Virus record (IMG/VR): IMGVR_UViG_3300007790_000056
Location: 1 to 36,178 of that record
DNA from: a virus
Reading direction: 5' to 3' (one strand)
DNA: 36,178 nucleotides
Part shown: positions 31,725-36,178 of the stretch, one piece after another
Layout: every line of letters starts with the position of its first letter
How positions within the stretch are numbered: the first letter of the stretch is position 1
Program-made: the position numbers and the translations under genes
The notes under the pieces: generated by a model
Seen by the model: only the letters and a program-made list of their open reading frames with translations
Databases searched by the model: none
What the model was told of the DNA's origin: nothing

Positions 31725-32930
31725 ATGCCATTTTTTAAAAGAAAAGAAAAAACAGCAGGGGAAAAACGAGCATTTACGAATGACCCCTATATTTACACAG
31801 TACCAAACTTGGACAGTACCGTATTCACAGATAATTCATATGTAGGTATCGGTGCGCTGAAGAATTCAAACATTTTCACAGCAGTTTCACTAATTGCTAC
31901 GCCTTTAGCTTCGATTCCAATTCGTATCAAGAAGAACGGGCAAGTTATCCAAGACAAACAGCTTCATAAAGTATTAAACGTGAAGCCAAATGAAATCATG
32001 TCAGCATATTCTTTCCGTTGGGCGATTGTCGCTAATATGTTATTGAACGGTGAATCATTCGCTTTAATCGAGCGTGACGAAGTGGGGCAATTATCAGCAC
32101 TACGAATCATTCCATGTAGCGATATTCAGGTGTATTCAGACGAGCGCACAATTCGCTATGAGTATACACAGCATACCTATGATAAGAATGGCGTAGAGAA
32201 GGGTCAAAAACGTTTCATGCTAGATAGTGAAGAAATTCTACACTTTAAAGTGAACGCTGTAGACGGACTTCGTGGTGTATCACCTATCTACTCATTATCT
32301 TCAGAACTCACAATGATGGAAAAGACCAACAACACCCTTCTATCGTACATGAAGCGGGGTATTCAAGGTTCTTCTGTCCTGTCATTAAGCAATGCACAGC
32401 TTAACAAGGAAACAAAAGACAAGATTCGTAGGGACTTTGAAGAAGCCAATGCGAACAACCAAGTTATTATCTTGGATAAAGGCATGGAATGGAAACAGGT
32501 AGAAGTAAATGCCAACGCCCTACAGCTTGCCAACTCAAATGATTGGACAACTAAGCAAGTGGCGAAGGCGTTCGGTATTCCGTTAGACCGCTTCGGTATG
32601 GAAATGGTCAATACATCGACTGCTGAATCGAATAAGAACTTCATTCAATCTACTTTGAATGGTCATTTCCAAGCGATTACAAGTGAACTAGACATCAAGT
32701 TAGGCGAAATTATTAGCGAAATGGACGTAATTGAAACCTATTTTGATACAAAGTCGCTTACTTTCGATTCGGAAAAGCAAGTTGAAAGACTAATAAGTGA
32801 GGTAGCAGGTTCGATTAAAACACCTAACGAGGTGCGAAAAGAACTTGACTTACCGCCTGTAGAGGGTGGGGACGTTATTAAGGAGTTAAACCCTAAGAAC
32901 CCCCAACCGCTACCTAGTGAGGGGGTGTAG
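31725..32930 (+). CDS. Portal protein (HK97 family)
   Basis: ATG 31725 follows AAAGGAAGTGG. About 400 aa, with the C-terminal signature GSIKTPNEVRKELDLPPVEGGD typical of HK97-family portals. Confidence 0.95.
   Translation: MPFFKRKEKTAGEKRAFTNDPYIYTVPNLDSTVFTDNSYVGIGALKNSNIFTAVSLIATPLASIPIRIKKNGQVIQDKQLHKVLNVKPNEIMSAYSFRWAIVANMLLNGESFALIERDEVGQLSALRIIPCSDIQVYSDERTIRYEYTQHTYDKNGVEKGQKRFMLDSEEILHFKVNAVDGLRGVSPIYSLSSELTMMEKTNNTLLSYMKRGIQGSSVLSLSNAQLNKETKDKIRRDFEEANANNQVIILDKGMEWKQVEVNANALQLANSNDWTTKQVAKAFGIPLDRFGMEMVNTSTAESNKNFIQSTLNGHFQAITSELDIKLGEIISEMDVIETYFDTKSLTFDSEKQVERLISEVAGSIKTPNEVRKELDLPPVEGGDVIKELNPKNPQPLPSEGV
32767..32800 (+). repeat. Late-module box, copy D (inside the portal gene, in frame)
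   Basis: ATTCGGAAAAGCAAGTTGAAAGACTAATAAGTGA encodes DSEKQVERLISE. It lies 134 nt upstream of the protease start. Confidence 0.95.
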
Positions 32931-32933
32931 AAC

Positions 32934-33509
32934 ATGGAAAATGAAGTAAGATACACAGGTGATGTTACAACAAGTAACGATTCCGAAATGATTGTAGAAG
33001 GCTATGCTTTAAAGTTTAATAAACAGTCCGAAATTCTGACAACAACAGACGGAAAACCATTTAGAGAAGTAATCCTTCCAAATGCTTTACGGAATACAGA
33101 CTTATCTGATGTACGAATGTTTAGTAGCCATGATTCTTCGCAACTGCTAGGTAGAACAACTTCTTCTACGTTAGAATTAACAGTGGACGAAGTGGGGCTG
33201 TACATTAAATGCACCCTGCCTAACACCACTACAGGGCGTGATACTTACGAACTTGTGAAGCGTGGGGACATGAACCAAATGAGTTTCTTATTCGAAGTAT
33301 CGGCTAAGGGTCAAACGTGGGACTATTCAGATACAATTCCACTTCGTATGATTCACGATATTTACCGAATTCAAGAAGTATCTGCTGTAAGCATACCCGC
33401 ATACACAGACACAGAATTAGCGGTGGCAACCCGCTCACTTAACAAAGATTTAGTTAATCGTGATACGTTGCAAATTTTAATTCAATTGGAACTGCTGAAA
33501 GAGTTTTGA
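32934..33509 (+). CDS. Prohead protease (HK97 family, S78/U35)
   Basis: It carries VEGYALKFN...SSHD...LGRT...GRD..ELVKRGD...MSF and sits between portal and capsid. Confidence 0.9.
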   Translation: MENEVRYTGDVTTSNDSEMIVEGYALKFNKQSEILTTTDGKPFREVILPNALRNTDLSDVRMFSSHDSSQLLGRTTSSTLELTVDEVGLYIKCTLPNTTTGRDTYELVKRGDMNQMSFLFEVSAKGQTWDYSDTIPLRMIHDIYRIQEVSAVSIPAYTDTELAVATRSLNKDLVNRDTLQILIQLELLKEF

Positions 33510-33529
33510 TTGGGAAAGGATTGATTCAC

Positions 33530-34819
33530 TTGACACAAGAAGAAAAAGATTTACGTCAAGCGATTAATGACAAGATTGCTGAAGCTAAGAAAGTAGCTAC
33601 AGAAGAAGCCGACTTAGAAAAAGCACAGTCATTAGTTGACGAGATTAACGTAATGAAGCAAGAACTGTCCGACTTACAGACGAAACAGGAACAATTAGAC
33701 GCTATTGCTGATTTAGAGCCTTTAGAGGACGAGGAAACAGTAGAAGAAGAAAATACTACAGAAGAACCTGTAGAACCTGTTACAGAGGACGAGGACAAGG
33801 AAAAACGTGACGCAGAAGGCGAAGTAACTGTAGAAGATTCAGAAACAGAAGCCCCAAGCGACACAGAACCAACAGAATTAGAAAAAGAAAAGCGTGGCTT
33901 AGACCACCAAGAAGGGAAAGATTCAGACATGAAACAAATTGATAACTTAGGCACAACAACAGAAGTACAAGCGTTTGAAAAATTCTTACGCTCACAAGGC
34001 ACAGAATATGAAGCACGTTCACTAACTACAGTAGAGGGTACAGTATTAGTCCCTGAAGATATTCGCACGACACCTATTCGTGAAGTAGTAGACGTTGTGG
34101 ATATGCGTAACGTAGTAAACCGTATCAGCGTATCAAACGCCTTCGGTAAAATTCCTGTATTCTTAGGTGCGACAGCAGTTATGAACACAGTGGCGGAACT
34201 AGCAGAAAACCCTGAATTAGCAAACCCTGTATTCAATAGCGTAACTTACGACATTGATACTTACCGAGGTTACATTCCTGTATCTAAGGAACTTGTAGAA
34301 GATTCAAACTACAATGTATTAGGTGAAGTAGACCGCTACTTAACTGAAGTCGCAGTAAATACAGCAAACAAAGCTATCTGCGCTGAAATGAAGAAATTCG
34401 AAGCTAAGACAGCAGACACAGTAGACGCATTGAAAGCATTAGTATTATCTTTCAAAACAGGCTACAACGTATCAGTAGTAGTTTCAAAATCAATGTTTAT
34501 CAAACTTGACGCAGAAAAAGCTACAGATGGTCGTCCACTATTACAACCTGACTACACGAAAGCTAGTGACTATTCTATCTTTGGTCGTTCATTAGTAATC
34601 GTACCTGATGAATACTTCGGTTTAGCAGGTGAAGCACACGCCTTCGTAGGTGACGTTAAACGTGCTATTGCTTTCTTTGACCGCAAGCAAGAAGGTATTC
34701 AATGGGAAAACGTTCGAAACTACGGCTACATGATGATTGCAGTTGCTCGTTTTGACGCTGTGGTATCAGACGCAAGCGCAGGCTACTTCGTATCAGCTAC
34801 AGCAGGTGCAGGGGCTTAG
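33530..34819 (+). CDS. Major capsid protein (HK97 family) with long coiled-coil/acidic N-terminal delta-like region
   Basis: The probable start is TTG 33530, after GGAAAGGA; the track starts at TTG 33506. The C-terminal ~290 aa are HK97-fold-like. The N-terminal ~135 aa are coiled-coil plus a Glu/Asp-rich tract. Confidence 0.9.
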   Translation: MTQEEKDLRQAINDKIAEAKKVATEEADLEKAQSLVDEINVMKQELSDLQTKQEQLDAIADLEPLEDEETVEEENTTEEPVEPVTEDEDKEKRDAEGEVTVEDSETEAPSDTEPTELEKEKRGLDHQEGKDSDMKQIDNLGTTTEVQAFEKFLRSQGTEYEARSLTTVEGTVLVPEDIRTTPIREVVDVVDMRNVVNRISVSNAFGKIPVFLGATAVMNTVAELAENPELANPVFNSVTYDIDTYRGYIPVSKELVEDSNYNVLGEVDRYLTEVAVNTANKAICAEMKKFEAKTADTVDALKALVLSFKTGYNVSVVVSKSMFIKLDAEKATDGRPLLQPDYTKASDYSIFGRSLVIVPDEYFGLAGEAHAFVGDVKRAIAFFDRKQEGIQWENVRNYGYMMIAVARFDAVVSDASAGYFVSATAGAGA

Positions 34820-34846
34820 TACCCTGTAGAAAGGTGGTAGTGTCTA

Positions 34847-35110
34847 ATGATTACAGTCAACGAATTCAAAGACTTCAAACGAATTGACCATGATTTAGAC
34901 GACACCATTATCCAAATGTTATTGGACGTAGCACAGTCGTATGTCAACGGGTCGATTGAAGTAAAAGACCCTACTGATGTACGATTCAACCACGCTGTAT
35001 TCTTATTAACATCACACTATTATGACAACAGAAGCGACACAGGCGATTATGCAATGAACACCATACCTTTTGGTGTGGACGCATTAATCACTCAATTAAA
35101 GGGGTTGTAA
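34847..35110 (+). CDS. Head-tail connector (gp6-like)
   Basis: 87 aa. ITVNEFKDFKRIDHDLDDTIIQMLLDVAQSYV is typical of the gp6-like connector family. Confidence 0.8.
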   Translation: MITVNEFKDFKRIDHDLDDTIIQMLLDVAQSYVNGSIEVKDPTDVRFNHAVFLLTSHYYDNRSDTGDYAMNTIPFGVDALITQLKGL

Positions 35111-35113
35111 GCA

Positions 35114-35464
35114 ATGGCATTAACTCACAGCGGTAGAATGAATGAGCGTGTCACCCTACTAAAGCCTGTAGAACCTGTTATCAATGGTGAATGGGGTAGC
35201 GGTGGCGGTGGCACTTCGTCAGTTACCTACGAACCTGTATTCACTTGTTGGGCTGACGTTAAGACCCAACGATTCAAAGACCGAATAACTTCAGCAGGTA
35301 CGATGTACGAAAACACATTATCTGTAGTTATTCGCAGACAGCAGAAAGCACCTTATGACAACGCCTTCTACCTAGAGCATAAAGGCATTAGGTACGAGGT
35401 ATTGGAAATCACACCTGATTATGTATACAAGGAATTTGTAACGCTGACGGTGAAAGAGGTGTAG
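35114..35464 (+). CDS. Head closure / head-tail adaptor protein
   Basis: 116 aa. RVTLLKP...YEPVFTCWADVK is typical of the head-tail joining family. Confidence 0.8.
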   Translation: MALTHSGRMNERVTLLKPVEPVINGEWGSGGGGTSSVTYEPVFTCWADVKTQRFKDRITSAGTMYENTLSVVIRRQQKAPYDNAFYLEHKGIRYEVLEITPDYVYKEFVTLTVKEV

Positions 35465-35467
35465 CCA

Positions 35468-35836
35468 ATGGGAATTACTACTGATTCTTCAGACATTGCT
35501 AAGGAACTGAAGCGGTTGGCTAGAATGTTTCCTGATTTATCGCAGGAAGCACTAGAATTAGCTTCAAAAGAATTAGCAGAAGCCCTTGAATTGCGAACAC
35601 CTTATGACCCTAGCAAAAGCGGGGTTCATGCTAAGGATAACGTAGTCATTGGCAAGTATGAGAATGAACAGATAATCGTGGGGTACTCAAAATTAGTATC
35701 ATGGCGTATGCACTTCGTAGAATATGGTACAGTGAAACAACCTGCACAGGGTTTCGTAGCAACTACTGAAGCACAAATGCAAAACAGGGTATTTGAAATA
35801 GTGCAAAGGCACATCATAGAAGGGTTGGGATTATAG
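35468..35836 (+). CDS. HK97 gp10-like tail-component protein
   Basis: 122 aa with the HFVEYGT motif and the expected position. Confidence 0.75.
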   Translation: MGITTDSSDIAKELKRLARMFPDLSQEALELASKELAEALELRTPYDPSKSGVHAKDNVVIGKYENEQIIVGYSKLVSWRMHFVEYGTVKQPAQGFVATTEAQMQNRVFEIVQRHIIEGLGL

Positions 35837-35837
35837 A

Positions 35838-36178
35838 ATGGATATTCCTGTAAAAGTTATTTACGATATTCTGAATGCTTCCCCCTTATTCAAGAAGATA
35901 CCAATGTACTTCAATCAGATTGAGGAAAAGACAATTCAGAATAGGGTAATTCCTTTGATTAGGATTACCGAACTACCCGCCACATATAATGACACATATG
36001 CTTCTAATCTACCTACAGCGATTGTATCAACAATCCAAATAGATTTATGGGTGAACACCCTACAAGAAGCAAACGGTTATTATTATGAGTTAGACAAGCT
36101 GTTAGCACAGCATGGGGTCATGTTATCGACAGGCGGTGTAGATTATGACCCTGATTACAAGACCACACGTATCTACAA
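35838..36178 (+). CDS. Tail-completion / head-tail joining protein, 5' part (continues at 92..128)
   Basis: ATG 35838 overlaps the upstream stop (TAGAATG). The ORF is open to the window end. It is not in the track because no stop falls within the window. Confidence 0.7.
   Translation, partial: MDIPVKVIYDILNASPLFKKIPMYFNQIEEKTIQNRVIPLIRITELPATYNDTYASNLPTAIVSTIQIDLWVNTLQEANGYYYELDKLLAQHGVMLSTGGVDYDPDYKTTRIY
36088..36178. repeat. Terminal direct repeat, identical to 1-91
   Basis: See the feature at 1-91. Confidence 0.95.

Noticed and set aside
6162-32800. The core of the four-copy box (AGCAAGTTAAAA in copy B, one G/A difference in C and D) is identical to the anti-repeat core of type II-A tracrRNAs / the Cas9 sgRNA scaffold (..AUAGCAAGUUAAAAUAAGGCUAGUCCG..). 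This raised the idea of a tracrRNA mimic or RNA anti-CRISPR.
   Set aside because: Only 11-12 nt match, and a 12-mer coincidence is not rare. The upper-stem complement, nexus (GGCUAGUCC) and terminal hairpins are absent, and the host and its CRISPR type are unknown. It is worth a quick check against the host repeat if the host carries a II-A system, but the sequence alone does not support it.
33556-34236. A 226-aa minus-strand ORF (plus 33780..34022) lies antisense to the capsid gene.
   Set aside because: It is a low-complexity Ser/Thr/Val translation of the antisense of the GAA/GAC-rich acidic tract. It has no RBS and lies wholly inside a well-supported gene.
1-36178. I searched by eye for integrase/excisionase, CI/Cro repressors, tRNA genes, reverse transcriptase/DGR repeats, toxin-antitoxin pairs and known defence or anti-defence families.
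   Set aside because: No motif I could recognise was found: no tyrosine or serine recombinase signatures, no cloverleaf candidates, no YxDD reverse transcriptase motif. Absence by eye is weak evidence, so an HMM scan is needed.
1-36178. Assignment to a specific phage or host, for example Listeria P35/P40-like or lactococcal 936-like.
   Set aside because: Genome size, module order, the lack of lysogeny genes and the amidase+LysM+SH3b-like endolysin fit such phages. But I cannot verify any sequence identity without a database search, so no host or name is claimed.

Overview
This window is one complete siphovirus-type tailed-phage genome. Bases 1-91 are identical to 36088-36178, so the record is a circularly closed or terminally overlapping assembly of 36,087 unique bp. 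AGGAGG-type RBSs, TTGACA/TATAAT promoters and an amidase_3+LysM endolysin point to a low-GC Gram-positive host. I cannot name the phage; the layout recalls virulent 936-/P35-like siphoviruses, but that is tentative. There are three transcription modules. (i) A long + strand late module runs 28261 -> junction -> 16545. It carries HNH, a candidate cos site, TerS, TerL, portal, prohead protease, HK97-type capsid, connectors, major tail protein, G/GT chaperones with a -1 frameshift, a 1545-aa tape measure, Dit, Tal, two fibre/RBP-like proteins, holin and endolysin. (ii) A leftward early module (21800 -> 16980) holds mostly orphan proteins plus a Rha/KilAC antirepressor-like gene. (iii) A rightward early/middle module (22693 -> 28043) holds a primase-like initiator, a RuvC-like resolvase, a free-standing HNH homing endonuclease and two candidate late regulators. 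I recognised no integrase, CI-like repressor, tRNA, CRISPR array or known defence system. The unexplained signal sits in the non-coding layer. It includes a 29-34 nt box in four co-oriented copies across the late module, two of them embedded in frame in unrelated ORFs. There is also a family of four hairpins with an invariant CGGAAA loop and covarying stems. A 65-bp regulatory cassette is duplicated in inverted orientation in front of the late operon and of a convergent holin-like gene. Three early promoters carry the palindrome TGTAATTACA at their start sites. Two paralogous promoter-leader-terminator units and a stand-alone promoter-to-terminator small-RNA candidate are also present. Together these suggest an undescribed RNA- or antitermination-based timing circuit. 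That is inference from sequence only.
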